DNA of 64,000 bases, taken from positions 320,001-384,000 of the forward strand of contig CAVYSW010000010.1 of NCBI GenBank assembly GCA_963771275.1, given 5' to 3'. The DNA comes from an uncultured Gemmatimonadales bacterium. GTDB lineage: Bacteria > Gemmatimonadota > Gemmatimonadetes > Gemmatimonadales > GWC2-71-9. A model generated the notes under the pieces. The model saw only the letters and a program-made list of their open reading frames with translations. It had not been told where the DNA came from and did not search any database. This document shows, in pieces, positions 39,025 through 49,390 of this stretch (position 1 is the first letter of the stretch; each line of letters begins with the position of its first letter). The position numbers and the translations under genes were made by a program.

Positions 39025-39863
39025 TCGCGGCGCTCCTCGCCGCCCTGGCCGTACAGGGCGGTGCGTGGACCGTGCGGCCCGCGGCGCCGACCGTGGGCGA
39101 CACCGTGCGGCTCGAGCGGCTCGTGCCCGCGCCCGGCGGCGTGCTCGGGCGCGCCCGGCCGCTCGAGGCGAGCGACACGATCGAGCCGCTGCTCCCGCCC
39201 GAGATCGTCCCGGCCGAGGGCGGGCTGCGGGTGCGCTACACCGTGGCCGTGTTCGCCCCCGGCCGGCTGGCGCTCGCGATGCCGGCGCTTGAGCTGGTCT
39301 ATCCCGACGGCGCCGTGGAGCTGGTGCTGGGCGACACCGCGGAGATCGCCGTCGCGTCGGTCATCCCCGATTCGACGACCCGGCCGACGCCGCGCCCGTC
39401 GCTCGCGCCGATCGCCCGCGTCGGACGGAGCCCGGCGCCTCTGCTCGCGCTGCTCGCGGGTGTGAGCGCGCTGCTCGCCCTGTGGACGGCGCGGCGGCGC
39501 CGCGGCCGCCGCGCCGCCGCGCTGCCGCCGGCGCCGGTCGCGCCGGTACCGCCCCTCCCGCTGATGCGCTGGCTCGGGCTTGGCGAGCGCCGGGCGGTCG
39601 CGAGCCTCGCGGCCGATCGGCTGCGCCGCCGCCTCGAAACCCTGGTGCCCGCCGCAGGCCGCGGCCTGGCGGTCGACGACTGCCTCGCCGCGCTCGCCGC
39701 AGAGCGGCCGGCCTGGCCGCTGCCGGAGATCGCGGCGGTGCTGGCGGCGCTCGAGCGGGCGCGGTTCGCCCCGCTCACGGCGGATGACGCCGCGGAGCTG
39801 GTGGACCGCACCGACCTACTGCTCGAGCAGCTCACCCCCGACGGGGCAGAGGTTTCCGCGTGA
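39021..39863 (+). CDS. Membrane protein of the moxR/bat cluster
   Basis: Signal-like start, Ig-like segment, TM helix; position between DUF58 and batA. Confidence 0.75.
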   Translation: MIAALLAALAVQGGAWTVRPAAPTVGDTVRLERLVPAPGGVLGRARPLEASDTIEPLLPPEIVPAEGGLRVRYTVAVFAPGRLALAMPALELVYPDGAVELVLGDTAEIAVASVIPDSTTRPTPRPSLAPIARVGRSPAPLLALLAGVSALLALWTARRRRGRRAAALPPAPVAPVPPLPLMRWLGLGERRAVASLAADRLRRRLETLVPAAGRGLAVDDCLAALAAERPAWPLPEIAAVLAALERARFAPLTADDAAELVDRTDLLLEQLTPDGAEVSA

Positions 39864-40840
39864 GCTTCGCCCGCCCGCTGCTCCTGCTGCTGCTGGCCGC
39901 GCTGCCGCTGTGGTGGTGGCGCCGTGCGCGCCAGCGCCGCCCGACCGCCCGGTTCAGTGACCTCGCCGCCGTGAGCCCGGTGGCGCGCCAGCGCCGCTGG
40001 CTCGGTGAGCTGCCCGCGGCGTTCCGCTCGGTCACGCTCGGGGCGTGGATTATTGCCGCCGCCGGCCCGCGGCTCGGCGGTGACGCGGTGCAGGTGACGA
40101 GCGACGGCATCGCCATCGTGCTGACGGTGGACGTCTCCAGCAGCATGCTGGCCGAGGATTTCACGCCGTCCAACCGCCTGGACGTGGCGCGCGAGCGGTC
40201 CGTCGCGTTCGTGCGGGGACGCCGGTACGACCGGATCGGTCTGGTGTCGTTCGCCGGGGAGGCGCTCACCCGCGTGCCGCTCACGACCGACTACGCCGTG
40301 CTGGAACAGGCGATCCTCGATCTCCGCGTGGGCGAGCTCGACGACGGTACGGCGATCGGCACTGCCATCGCGGTGGCGGCCAACCGGCTGCGGCGCGCGC
40401 AGGGCGCGAGCAAGGTCGTGGTGCTGCTCACCGACGGCGAGAACAACCGCGGCCGGGTGGACCCGCGCACCGCGGCGGTCGCCGCCAAGGAGTTCGGCAT
40501 CCGGATCTACACGATCGGGGTCGGCACCCAGGGCGAGGCGCGCCTGCCGATCGGACGCGGCCCCGAGGGGCAGCTGCGCTATCAGATGATGCCGGTGCGG
40601 ATCGACGAGCCGCTGCTGCGCGACGTCGCGGGGACCACGGGCGGGCGCTACTTCCGCGCCACCGACGGCGCCGCGCTGAGCCGCATCTTCGAGCAGATCG
40701 ACCAGCTTGAGAAGACGCCCGTGCAGGTGACGCGCTACCGCAGCGTCGAGGAGTCGTACCGGGCGCCGGTGCTGATCGGGCTGGGGGCGCTGGTGCTCGA
40801 GCTGATCGTCGCGGCCACGATCGTGGTGCGGGTGCCCTGA
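39860..40840 (+). CDS. batA: BatA-like vWA membrane protein
   Basis: N-terminal BatA-type TM; MIDAS DVSSS; DGTAIG and LLTDGENN. Confidence 0.9.
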   Translation: MSFARPLLLLLLAALPLWWWRRARQRRPTARFSDLAAVSPVARQRRWLGELPAAFRSVTLGAWIIAAAGPRLGGDAVQVTSDGIAIVLTVDVSSSMLAEDFTPSNRLDVARERSVAFVRGRRYDRIGLVSFAGEALTRVPLTTDYAVLEQAILDLRVGELDDGTAIGTAIAVAANRLRRAQGASKVVVLLTDGENNRGRVDPRTAAVAAKEFGIRIYTIGVGTQGEARLPIGRGPEGQLRYQMMPVRIDEPLLRDVAGTTGGRYFRATDGAALSRIFEQIDQLEKTPVQVTRYRSVEESYRAPVLIGLGALVLELIVAATIVVRVP

Positions 40841-42456
40841 TGCGGTTCGACGCGCCGCTCGTGCTTGCCGTCGCGCCGCTCGTGGCGCTCACCGTGGCGC
40901 TGCTCGCGTGGTGGGCCCGCCGCGCCCGCGTGCGGCGCGCCGGCCGCTGGTCCGAGGCGCTCGGCCGCGTGGCGCGGCAGCTCAACCGGCTGGTGTGGAC
41001 CGGGCTCGCGGTCGCCGCGCTGTGCGGGACGGCGGCGCTCGCGGGACCGCGCTGGGGCCGCCAGCGCGTCGCGACCGACACCCAGGCGCTCGACCTCGTG
41101 ATCGCCGTCGACGTGTCGCGCTCGATGCTCGCGGAAGACATGAACCCGTCGCGGCTGGGCCGCGCCCAGCAGCAGATCCGGCGCCTGGTGCACGATCTCC
41201 AGGGCGATCGCGTCGGCCTGATCGGTTTCGCGGGTCGGAGCTTCATCCTGTCACCGCTCACCGGCGACGAGAGCGCGGTGCAGCTGCTGGTGGACGCGCT
41301 CGATCCCGACGTGGTGAGCGCCGGCGGCACCGACCTCGGCGCCGCGCTCAAGCAGGGTGGCGAGCTGCTGCTCGCCAGCGACCGCGTCGCCGACCGGGTG
41401 CTGGTGGTGTTCACCGACGGTGAGGGGCACGACTCGCTGGCCGCCGCCGCCGCGCAGGCACAGCGCCTTGAGCGGGCGGGCATCCGGCTGGTGCTCGTCG
41501 CCGAAGGGCAGGCCGTGCCGACCCGCATCCCGGAGCGCACGGCGACGGGGGAGCGCTCCGGCTATCACAAGGACCTGGCGGGCCAGGATGTGCTCACGGA
41601 GCGGCGCGACGACATGCTCACGGCCGTGGCGGACGCGGGGCAGGGCGTCCTGGTGGCGGCCGGGCTGGAGGACCAGGCCGGTGCGGTGCGCGACCTCGTC
41701 GCGGGCTACAAGCGCGCGCCGGCACGGACGACCGCGACACGCCACGACCTGCCGCGCGGCTGGATCCCGCTGCTGCTAGCGGTGGCGATCCTGCTGGCGC
41801 AGGCGTTCACCCGCCGCTCCGCCGCGCTCGCGGTGCTGACGCTGGCGCTGCTGCCGCACGGCGCGGGCGCGCAGGGCCCGCGCAACCCGGGGGACGACGC
41901 CTGGCGCGCGGGCGCGATCGAGACGGCCAGCGCCCGGTACCTGCGGCAGGCGGAGGCCGGCGTTGGGGCGGACACGTCATGGTACAACGCGGGCACGGCG
42001 CTGCTCGCGCTGCAGCGCTATCCGGCGGCGCGGGAAGCGCTGCTGCGCGCGGCGAAATCGGTGGATCCGGGACTGCGGTTCCGGGCGCTGTACAACCTCG
42101 GACTGATCGAGCTGCGCCTCGCGGCGACTGATTCCGCGAGCCGGGATGCGCACCTGGCAGAGGCGCGCGGGCGGTATCGCGAGGCGCTGCTGCTCCGGCC
42201 CGGTGACGCCGCCGCCAAGTGGAACCTCGAGCTGGCGATCACGGCGCCGCCGCCGGGCGCGGGAGGCGGCGGGCCGACGCCCCCGCCCCCGCGGGGCGGT
42301 GGCGCGAGCGAGACTGCGCAGCCGCGCCCCAGCCTCACCCGCGAGCAGGCGGAGCAGATCCTCCAGTCGATCGCCGCGGAGGAGCGCGACACGCGCGCCG
42401 AGCTCACGCGGCGCAAGGCGCAGCTCAAGGAGCCGCGCCGGGAGAAGGATTGGTAG
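40840..42456 (+). CDS. BatB-like vWA protein fused to a BatC-like TPR domain
   Basis: DVSRSM and FTDGE; C-terminal WYNAG/YNLG/KWNLE TPR; ends with EKDW. Confidence 0.85.
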   Translation: MRFDAPLVLAVAPLVALTVALLAWWARRARVRRAGRWSEALGRVARQLNRLVWTGLAVAALCGTAALAGPRWGRQRVATDTQALDLVIAVDVSRSMLAEDMNPSRLGRAQQQIRRLVHDLQGDRVGLIGFAGRSFILSPLTGDESAVQLLVDALDPDVVSAGGTDLGAALKQGGELLLASDRVADRVLVVFTDGEGHDSLAAAAAQAQRLERAGIRLVLVAEGQAVPTRIPERTATGERSGYHKDLAGQDVLTERRDDMLTAVADAGQGVLVAAGLEDQAGAVRDLVAGYKRAPARTTATRHDLPRGWIPLLLAVAILLAQAFTRRSAALAVLTLALLPHGAGAQGPRNPGDDAWRAGAIETASARYLRQAEAGVGADTSWYNAGTALLALQRYPAAREALLRAAKSVDPGLRFRALYNLGLIELRLAATDSASRDAHLAEARGRYREALLLRPGDAAAKWNLELAITAPPPGAGGGGPTPPPPRGGGASETAQPRPSLTREQAEQILQSIAAEERDTRAELTRRKAQLKEPRREKDW

Positions 42457-44786
42457 CCCTGCTCCTCGCCCTCGCGGCCCTGCAGCAGGGGCCCACCGTG
42501 AGCGCGACGGTCGACCGGGCCAGCGTGCTTGCGGGCGACGTCGTCACCCTGACCGTGCGCGTCGAGGCGAATGGCAACGAGCCCGTGCGGATCGCCGATC
42601 CGGTGCTCACCGGGTTCGAGGCGCGCGGCAGCCGCGACGTCACCCAGGTCCGCGTGGTGGACGGGCAGCCGCGCCGCGTCGTGACCCGCGAGCTCCGGCT
42701 GCTGGCCGTGGCGCCGGGCCGCGCGACGATCGGCCCGGTGCGCGTGACGCAAGGCACGCTCACCGCCGCGACGGCGGCGATCACCGTCACGATCAGCGCG
42801 CCGGGAGCCGGCACGGCCACGGCGGTGGCGCCGCGGGTCCGCCGGCTGCTCGACACGCTGGCGCCGCCGGGCGGGAACGACGTGGTGGTCGAGGTGCTCG
42901 CGCTGCCCGATGCGGTGCAGCTCGGCGACCAGCTCGACCTGGTGACGCTCGCGTGGTTTCCCCGCGACCTGCGCCAGCAGCTCCGCACGCCCCCCACGCT
43001 CCAGCCGCCCGACGTCGAGGGTGTGTGGTCGTACCAGCAGGTCACGGTGCCCGGCGTCGTGGCGAGCCGCGTGGCCGGCACCCGATGGTACGATCTGTTC
43101 ATGAGCCATCAGGTGGTGTTCCCGCTCACCGCGGGCGAGGTGCGCGTGGGCCGCGCGACGGTGACGTACGTGCAGCCGCTCAGCTACTCGTTCCTCAGTC
43201 GCGAGCTGCAGCACGAGGTGCAGAGCGAGAGTATCACGGTGGCGGTGCGGGACCAGCCCGCCGCCGGCCGCCCGGCGAACTTCTCCGGGGCGGCCGGCCG
43301 CGACCTCACCCTCACGCTCGCGGCGCTGCACACCACGCTGCCCCCCGGCGGCGCGGCGACGGTGTCGGCCACGATCACCGGCACGGGCAATGTCTCGCTC
43401 TGGCCCGAGCCGGTGATCGCGTGGCCCGCCGGGCTGCGCGTCTACCCCGGCGAGGTGAGCGTCGAGGTGACGTCTCGCGACGGGCTCGTGGGCGGCACCA
43501 AGCGGTTCGCGTATCTCGTCGTCGCCGACTCGGCCGGCACGCATCCCCTCCCGGGCCTGGTGTACCCGTACTTCGACCCGGTGCGGCGCCGCTACCTCAC
43601 GGCGAGCGCCGCAGGGCTCCAGCTCGTGGCCCCACCCGGCACCGTGGCCGCCGCGCCGCGCGCCCTGCCGCCTCCGCTGATGGAGCGCGGGGCCCCCGAT
43701 CTGACCCAGCGACTGGCCCGCCTCGCAACCTGGGTCTGGTGGGCGGTGCTCGCCGTGCCGCCGCTGGTGGTGCTGGTCGTCGCCGGGTTGCGCCGGCTGC
43801 GGGATCGTCGACGCCGGGCGCCGCCGCGCCGGCTGCTTGCAGTGCACCCCCTCGAGGCGGTGGACCGCGAGCTGCGCGACACGCTGGCACGCCTCGTCGG
43901 CCCGGCGTCCACCGCCGAGGGGCCACCGCTCGCGGCGGCGCTCCGCGCGGCGGGCGTCGATCCGCAGCTGGCGGCGCACGTGGTGCGGGTCCGCGAGCGG
44001 CTGCGCCAGGCGGTGTTCGGGCCGGCCGGGGCGTCCGACCCCGAGGAGCTGACCGCCGAGGTGCGGGAGGTGCTGCGCGCCCTGGCGGGCGAGGCGGGCG
44101 GGGCCGAGCGGCGCGAGCTGCTGACCCTGGTGACCGTGCTCGCGCTGCTCGTGTGGAGCGGGGGACTCGCGGCGCAGGGCCCGCGGCCCGAGCAGCTCTA
44201 CGAGGCGGGCGCGTTCCGGGCGGCGGCGGACAGCTTCGCCGCCCGCACCGCGCAGCAGCCTGCGATTGCGGCCTACTGGTACGATCTCGGCACGGCCTAC
44301 TACCGGCTCGGCGAGGACGGCCGCGCGCGCGCCGCGTGGATCCGCGCGGCGCGCCTCGCCCCGCGCGACGGCGCGATCCGGCGGGCCATGGCGCTGCTGC
44401 CCGCCGATGGCGCGTCCAACGCGATCGCGCCCGTCGCGCGGCTGACTCCCCGCGAGGCGCTGGGCGCGGCGGCGCTGTGCTGGCTCGCCGCGTGGGCCCT
44501 GCTGCCGTGGCGGCGGACCCGGCGGATCGGCATCGCCCTGGCCGTGATCGCGCTGGCCGCGGCCGTCGCGGCGTGGCACATCGACCGAGCGTACCGCCGG
44601 CCGGCCGCGATCGTGCTGCGGGACGACATCCCGCTCCGGAGCGCGCCGTTCGGCTCCGCGAGCGCGGCGCGCTCGCTGGTGGCGGGGAGCGCCGTGCGGG
44701 TGGATCGCACCGAGGGTGCCTGGCTGCTGGTCGAGCGGGCGGGCAGCACGGGCTGGGTGCTCGCCGGCGAGGTGGCGCGACTCTGA
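42450..44786 (+). CDS. BatD-like protein fused to a BatE-like TPR/SH3 region
   Basis: TTG start after GAAGGA; Ig-like BatD repeats (FSGAAG, GTGN); WYDLGTAYY TPR; terminal GWV SH3b-like motif. Confidence 0.82.
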   Translation: MVALLLALAALQQGPTVSATVDRASVLAGDVVTLTVRVEANGNEPVRIADPVLTGFEARGSRDVTQVRVVDGQPRRVVTRELRLLAVAPGRATIGPVRVTQGTLTAATAAITVTISAPGAGTATAVAPRVRRLLDTLAPPGGNDVVVEVLALPDAVQLGDQLDLVTLAWFPRDLRQQLRTPPTLQPPDVEGVWSYQQVTVPGVVASRVAGTRWYDLFMSHQVVFPLTAGEVRVGRATVTYVQPLSYSFLSRELQHEVQSESITVAVRDQPAAGRPANFSGAAGRDLTLTLAALHTTLPPGGAATVSATITGTGNVSLWPEPVIAWPAGLRVYPGEVSVEVTSRDGLVGGTKRFAYLVVADSAGTHPLPGLVYPYFDPVRRRYLTASAAGLQLVAPPGTVAAAPRALPPPLMERGAPDLTQRLARLATWVWWAVLAVPPLVVLVVAGLRRLRDRRRRAPPRRLLAVHPLEAVDRELRDTLARLVGPASTAEGPPLAAALRAAGVDPQLAAHVVRVRERLRQAVFGPAGASDPEELTAEVREVLRALAGEAGGAERRELLTLVTVLALLVWSGGLAAQGPRPEQLYEAGAFRAAADSFAARTAQQPAIAAYWYDLGTAYYRLGEDGRARAAWIRAARLAPRDGAIRRAMALLPADGASNAIAPVARLTPREALGAAALCWLAAWALLPWRRTRRIGIALAVIALAAAVAAWHIDRAYRRPAAIVLRDDIPLRSAPFGSASAARSLVAGSAVRVDRTEGAWLLVERAGSTGWVLAGEVARL

Positions 44787-46510
44787 TGGGACGCGTCCAT
44801 ATTCTCCCCGATGCCGTCGCCGACCAGATCGCGGCGGGCGAGGTGGTCGAGCGGCCTGCCTCGGTCGTGAAGGAGTTGGTCGAGAACGCACTCGACGCCG
44901 GCGCCACGGACGTCGCGGTCGATCTCGAGGGTGGCGGGCGCACCCGCATCCGGGTTGCCGACAACGGCTGCGGCATGGACCGGGAGGACGCCGTGCTCGC
45001 GCTCGATCGCCACGCCACCAGCAAGATCAGCCGGGCGGCGGACCTGGTCGGCGTGCGCACGTACGGCTTCCGCGGTGAGGCGCTGCCCGCGATCGCCTCG
45101 GTGTCGCACTTCACGCTCGAAACCGCCCCGGCCCCGGGCGGTAGCGGCACCCGCGTCGTGGTGCGGGGCGGACGGGTGGATGAAGTGGCGCCGGTCGCGC
45201 GCCAGCCGGGAACGACGGTCACCGTCGAGCGGCTGTTCTTCAATACGCCGGCGCGGCGCAAGTTCCTCCGCGTGGCGCGGACCGAGACGCGCGCCGCCGT
45301 CGAGGCGCTCACGCTGCTCGCGCTCGGCCGGCTGGACGTCGCGTTCCGGCTGGAGAGCGAAGGACGCATGCTGCTCGACGCGCCGCGCGCGGAGCGCCCG
45401 GGCGACCGGATTCGCGCGCTGTTCGGCGCGGCGCTCGAGGGACAGCTCCTGCCGGTGGCGTGGAGCGCGGGGCCGCTGCGGGTGGGCGGGTTCGTCCAGC
45501 GGCCGGCCGACGCCCGGCCCACGGGGCGCAAGGCCTACCTGTTCGTCAACGGCCGTCCGTTCCGTGATCCATTTCTCGTGCGGGCCTCCGAGGCGGGCTG
45601 CCGAGGTGCGCTCGATCCGGGCTCGCGGCCCACGGTGGTGCTCACGCTGGAGCTGCCGGGCGACGAGGTGGACGTGAACGTCCATCCGGCGAAGCTCGAG
45701 GTGCGGTTCCGCGATCGGTTCTTCGTCGAGCGCACGGTCGAGGAAGCGGTGCGCGAGGCGATCAGGCCGCTCGCGGCGGCAGCGGTGGTGCGCGGGGCCG
45801 GTGCGGCGGACGTCGAGGGCGGCGGCCGCTGGCGGCCCGGGGCGCTCGACCCGGCGGCGCGCGCCGCGGGACCGGCCGGCAGCGCGGTCCCGCTGTCGTT
45901 CTTCGCGCCAGACGTCGGCACGGCGCCCGAGCGGGCGACGCCGCGGCGCGGACTGCTTCAGGTGTTCGACACGTTCATCCTGATGGAGACGCCCGACGGC
46001 GTCGCCATCATCGACCAGCACTCGGCGCATGAGCGCGTGCTCTACGAGCGGGCGATCGCGGAGCTGTCGGGGGGCGAGGCGGCGGCCCAGCGGCTGCTGC
46101 TGCCGTTCACGATCCGGCTCGAGCCCAAGGAGCTCGAAGCGGTGGAGGCATACGGCGAGCTGCTGGCGCGGATCGGCTACGAGGTGGCGCCATTCGGCGG
46201 CGACGCGGTGATCGCGCACGCGGTGCCCAACCCGCACCCGCGGTTCGACGCACCGCGCTGCCTCGAGGAGCTGGTGGCCGACCTGGCGCGCGGGCGGTTC
46301 GGCGCGCTCAACAACCGGCTGGAGCGCTTCGCCGCGACGTACGCCTGCCGCGCCGCGGTGAAAGCGGGCGACCGGCTCGAGCCCGCCGAGCTGGAGCGGC
46401 TGGTGGAGCGACTGTTTGCGTGCACGCTCCCGCCGCACGACGTGCACGGCCGGCCGACCATCGTCCAGCTGCCGCGCGCGGAGATCGAGCGGAGGTTCGG
46501 GCGTGCCTGA
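44786..46510 (+). CDS. mutL: DNA mismatch repair endonuclease MutL
   Basis: IAAGEVVERPASVVKELVENALDAG, GFRGEAL, DVNVHPAK and DQHSAHERVLYE. Confidence 0.97.
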   Translation: MGRVHILPDAVADQIAAGEVVERPASVVKELVENALDAGATDVAVDLEGGGRTRIRVADNGCGMDREDAVLALDRHATSKISRAADLVGVRTYGFRGEALPAIASVSHFTLETAPAPGGSGTRVVVRGGRVDEVAPVARQPGTTVTVERLFFNTPARRKFLRVARTETRAAVEALTLLALGRLDVAFRLESEGRMLLDAPRAERPGDRIRALFGAALEGQLLPVAWSAGPLRVGGFVQRPADARPTGRKAYLFVNGRPFRDPFLVRASEAGCRGALDPGSRPTVVLTLELPGDEVDVNVHPAKLEVRFRDRFFVERTVEEAVREAIRPLAAAAVVRGAGAADVEGGGRWRPGALDPAARAAGPAGSAVPLSFFAPDVGTAPERATPRRGLLQVFDTFILMETPDGVAIIDQHSAHERVLYERAIAELSGGEAAAQRLLLPFTIRLEPKELEAVEAYGELLARIGYEVAPFGGDAVIAHAVPNPHPRFDAPRCLEELVADLARGRFGALNNRLERFAATYACRAAVKAGDRLEPAELERLVERLFACTLPPHDVHGRPTIVQLPRAEIERRFGRA

Positions 46511-47423
46511 CGCCAGGCGACTGGTGCCGATCCTCGTGGGGCCGACCGCCGTCGGCAAGACCGCCGTGACGGCGGCGCTCGCCACGCACTGGCCGCTCAC
46601 GGTCATCTCGGCGGACTCGCGCCAGGTGTACCGGGAGCTCGACATCGGGACCGCCAAGCCGCCGGCTGAGCTGCGCGCGCGCGTGCCGCACTTCGGGCTC
46701 GACCTGGTCGAGCCGGGGCAGCGCTACAGCGCCGGGCGCTTCGCGGCCGACGCCGTGGGTTGGCTCGCCGGCATCGGCGCCGATCGGATGCCGCTGGTGG
46801 TGGGGGGCACCGGGTTCTACGTGCGCGCTCTGGTGGATGGCCTGTTCCACGAGCCGCCGATGGATCCCGAGCGCCGCGAGCGGCTGCGTGCCGCGCTGGC
46901 CCACCTGCCGGCGGTGGCCGCGTGGGCCGTCCGGCTCGACCCGGGGTATACCGGGGGCGGCCGGCAGCGCGCGGCGCGCGCGATCGAGGTGGCGCTGCTC
47001 TCGGGACGTCCGCTGTCGTGGTGGCAGGCGCACGCGCGGGCCCACGGCGTGCTCACCCCGTGGTACGTGCGGCTCACCGTGCCGCGCGCGGTGCTGCGCC
47101 AGCGGATCGTCGAGCGGACCGACGCGATGCTCGCCGCCGGGCTGATCGGCGAGGTACAAGCCCTGCTCGGGCGCGGGATCGCGCCCGACGCGCCGGGCCT
47201 GGACGGCATCGGCTACCGCGAAGCCGTGCAGGCGGTGCTTGGTCGGCACACGCGCGACCGGCTGCTCGCGGCGATCGTTTCGGCCACCACGCGGTACGCC
47301 AAGCGCCAGGAAACGTGGTTCCGCCACCAGCTGGAGGGAGACGTGCTCACACTCGATGCCACCCGCCCCGCGAGCGCGCTCGCGGCCGAGATCGTCGCCC
47401 GCTGGCCCGGCGGGGAACGCTGA
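46503..47423 (+). CDS. miaA: tRNA dimethylallyltransferase
   Basis: GPTAVGKT, DSRQVYRELDIGTAK, GGTGFY and YAKRQETW. Confidence 0.96.
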   Translation: MPDARRLVPILVGPTAVGKTAVTAALATHWPLTVISADSRQVYRELDIGTAKPPAELRARVPHFGLDLVEPGQRYSAGRFAADAVGWLAGIGADRMPLVVGGTGFYVRALVDGLFHEPPMDPERRERLRAALAHLPAVAAWAVRLDPGYTGGGRQRAARAIEVALLSGRPLSWWQAHARAHGVLTPWYVRLTVPRAVLRQRIVERTDAMLAAGLIGEVQALLGRGIAPDAPGLDGIGYREAVQAVLGRHTRDRLLAAIVSATTRYAKRQETWFRHQLEGDVLTLDATRPASALAAEIVARWPGGER

Positions 47424-48550
47424 TGCGCATCGGCATCACCTGCTATCCGACGTACGGCGGTTCCGGCGCGCTCGCCACGGAGCTCGCGCTGGCGCTCGGA
47501 CGCCGCGGCCACGAGGTGCACGTGATCTCCTCGTCCTCGCCGTTCCGGCTGCGCCGCTATGCCGAGCACGTGTACTTCCACGAAGTGGACCTGAGCGGCG
47601 CCTATCCGCTGCTCGAGCACTTCCCCTACCTGCTGGCGCTCGCGGTGAAGCAGCACGAGGTGGCGCTGCGCGAGGGGCTCGAGATCCTCCACGTCCACTA
47701 CGCCGTGCCGCACGCCACGGCCGCGTTCCTCGCCAAGCAGATGCTCGAGCCCGATCACGACATCAAGGTCGTGACCACGTTGCACGGCACCGACATCACG
47801 CTCGTAGGGCAGGAGAAATCGTTCTTCACGGTCACCAAGTTCTCGATTGAGCGCTCGGATGCCGTCACCGCCGTCTCGACGTTCCTGCGGGACGAGACCT
47901 ACAAGGCGTTCGGCTGCACGACGTGCGAGATCGAGGTGATTCCCAATTTCGTGAACCTCGCCGACTTTCATCCGGCCACGGATGCGGGCTGTCGCTCGGC
48001 GTTCGGCCCGCCCGACCGCCACGTGATCATGCACATCTCGAACTTCCGGCCGGTGAAGCGCGTGCACGACGTCGTGCGGGCGTTCGCGACGATCCGCCGC
48101 GCGCTCCCCGCCGTGCTCGTGTTCGTGGGCGACGGCCCGGAGCGCCCAGCGGCCGAGGCGCTGGTCGAAGAGCTCGACCTCGTGCAGGACGTTCGCTTCC
48201 TGGGCAAGGTGGACGCCGTGGCGGACCTGCTGCGGTGCGCCGACCTATTCCTGCTCCCGAGCGGCTCCGAGTCGTTCGGGCTCGCGGCGCTCGAGGCGCT
48301 GGCGTGCGGGGTACCAGTGGTCGCGACCAACGTCGGCGGCCTGCCGGACGTGGTTGACGACGGCGTCACGGGCGCGCTCGTGCCGGTGGGCGACACGGAG
48401 GCGCTCGCGAGCCGGAGCGTGGCGCTGCTGAGCGACCCGGCGCGCCTCGCGGCGACACGCGCCGCGTGCGTACGGAGCGCCGCCAAGTACTCGGCCGACC
48501 TGATCGTGCCCCGCTACGAGGAGCTCTACGCCCGGGTGCTCGCCCAATGA
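47423..48550 (+). CDS. bshA: N-acetyl-alpha-D-glucosaminyl L-malate synthase
   Basis: CYPTYGGSG, HVHYAVPHA, TTLHGTDIT, SNFRPVKR and ESFGLAALEA. Confidence 0.93.
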   Translation: MRIGITCYPTYGGSGALATELALALGRRGHEVHVISSSSPFRLRRYAEHVYFHEVDLSGAYPLLEHFPYLLALAVKQHEVALREGLEILHVHYAVPHATAAFLAKQMLEPDHDIKVVTTLHGTDITLVGQEKSFFTVTKFSIERSDAVTAVSTFLRDETYKAFGCTTCEIEVIPNFVNLADFHPATDAGCRSAFGPPDRHVIMHISNFRPVKRVHDVVRAFATIRRALPAVLVFVGDGPERPAAEALVEELDLVQDVRFLGKVDAVADLLRCADLFLLPSGSESFGLAALEALACGVPVVATNVGGLPDVVDDGVTGALVPVGDTEALASRSVALLSDPARLAATRAACVRSAAKYSADLIVPRYEELYARVLAQ

Positions 48551-49329
48551 GCTGGTGGGACGGCCTCATCCTCGGCATCGTGCAGGGCCTGACGGAATTC
48601 CTGCCCGTGTCGAGCTCCGGTCACCTCGTGGTGACCGAGGCGGTGCTTGGCGTCCGGGTGCCCGGCGTGTTCGTCGAGGTGGCGCTGCACGTCGCGACCC
48701 TCGTGGCGGTGCTGATCGTCTACCGGCGCCGCGTCCTCGAGCTCGTGTCGGGCGCGCTCACCGGGAAAGGCACGGCCTGGCGCTCGGTGGGGCTGCTGCT
48801 CTTGGCCTCCGTGCCGGCCGGCGTCGTGGGCGTCCTGTTCAACGACTTCTTCGAGCGCACGTTCCACGCGCTGGGCGTCGTCGGCGTGGACTTCCTCGTG
48901 ACCGGCGTGATCCTCTGGTCCGCCGGCCGGGCGCGGACGGGTGGCCGGTCGGAGCCGGACGCCAAAGGCGCGCTCGCGATCGGTCTGGCACAGGCGTGCG
49001 CCATTCTGCCGGGCATCTCGCGCTCGGGCTCGACAGTGACGGCGGGCATCTGGACGGGCGTCGATCCGGTGCGCGCCGCCGAGTTCTCGTTTCTCATGGC
49101 GGTGCCGGCCATCGCCGGGGCGGCGGTGCTCCACCTGCCCGCGCTCTCGCGCGAGAGCCTGGTCGTTGGCGCGGGGCCCCTCGTGCTGAGCTTCGTCGCG
49201 GCCCTCGTGTCGGGCGTGCTCGCCATGCGGCTGCTGGTGCGCCTGCTCGCGCGGCGCGCGTTCCATCGGTTCGCGCCGTACTGCTGGGCGATCGGTGCGG
49301 TCACCCTCGTCTGGGCCCTGCTGCGCTGA
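48547..49329 (+). CDS. uppP: Undecaprenyl-diphosphate phosphatase
   Basis: QGLTEFLPVSSSGH and PGISRSG. Confidence 0.95.
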   Translation: MSWWDGLILGIVQGLTEFLPVSSSGHLVVTEAVLGVRVPGVFVEVALHVATLVAVLIVYRRRVLELVSGALTGKGTAWRSVGLLLLASVPAGVVGVLFNDFFERTFHALGVVGVDFLVTGVILWSAGRARTGGRSEPDAKGALAIGLAQACAILPGISRSGSTVTAGIWTGVDPVRAAEFSFLMAVPAIAGAAVLHLPALSRESLVVGAGPLVLSFVAALVSGVLAMRLLVRLLARRAFHRFAPYCWAIGAVTLVWALLR

Positions 49330-49334
49330 TGTTT

Positions 49335-49390
49335 TCTGCCGTCCCTGCCGTCCCTGCCGCCGCCTCTGCCGCCCCTGCCGCGCCCGCCGC
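49335..49390. repeat. CTGCCGYCC nonamer tandem repeats (intergenic)
   Basis: ctgccgtcc-ctgccgtcc-ctgccgccgcct-ctgccgccc-ctgccgcgc. Confidence 0.75.

Noticed and set aside
42146..46510. 1454-aa ORF suggesting a MutL fusion
   Set aside because: The upstream part is an Arg/Ala/Gly-rich alternate frame of the batD-like gene; MutL begins at 44786
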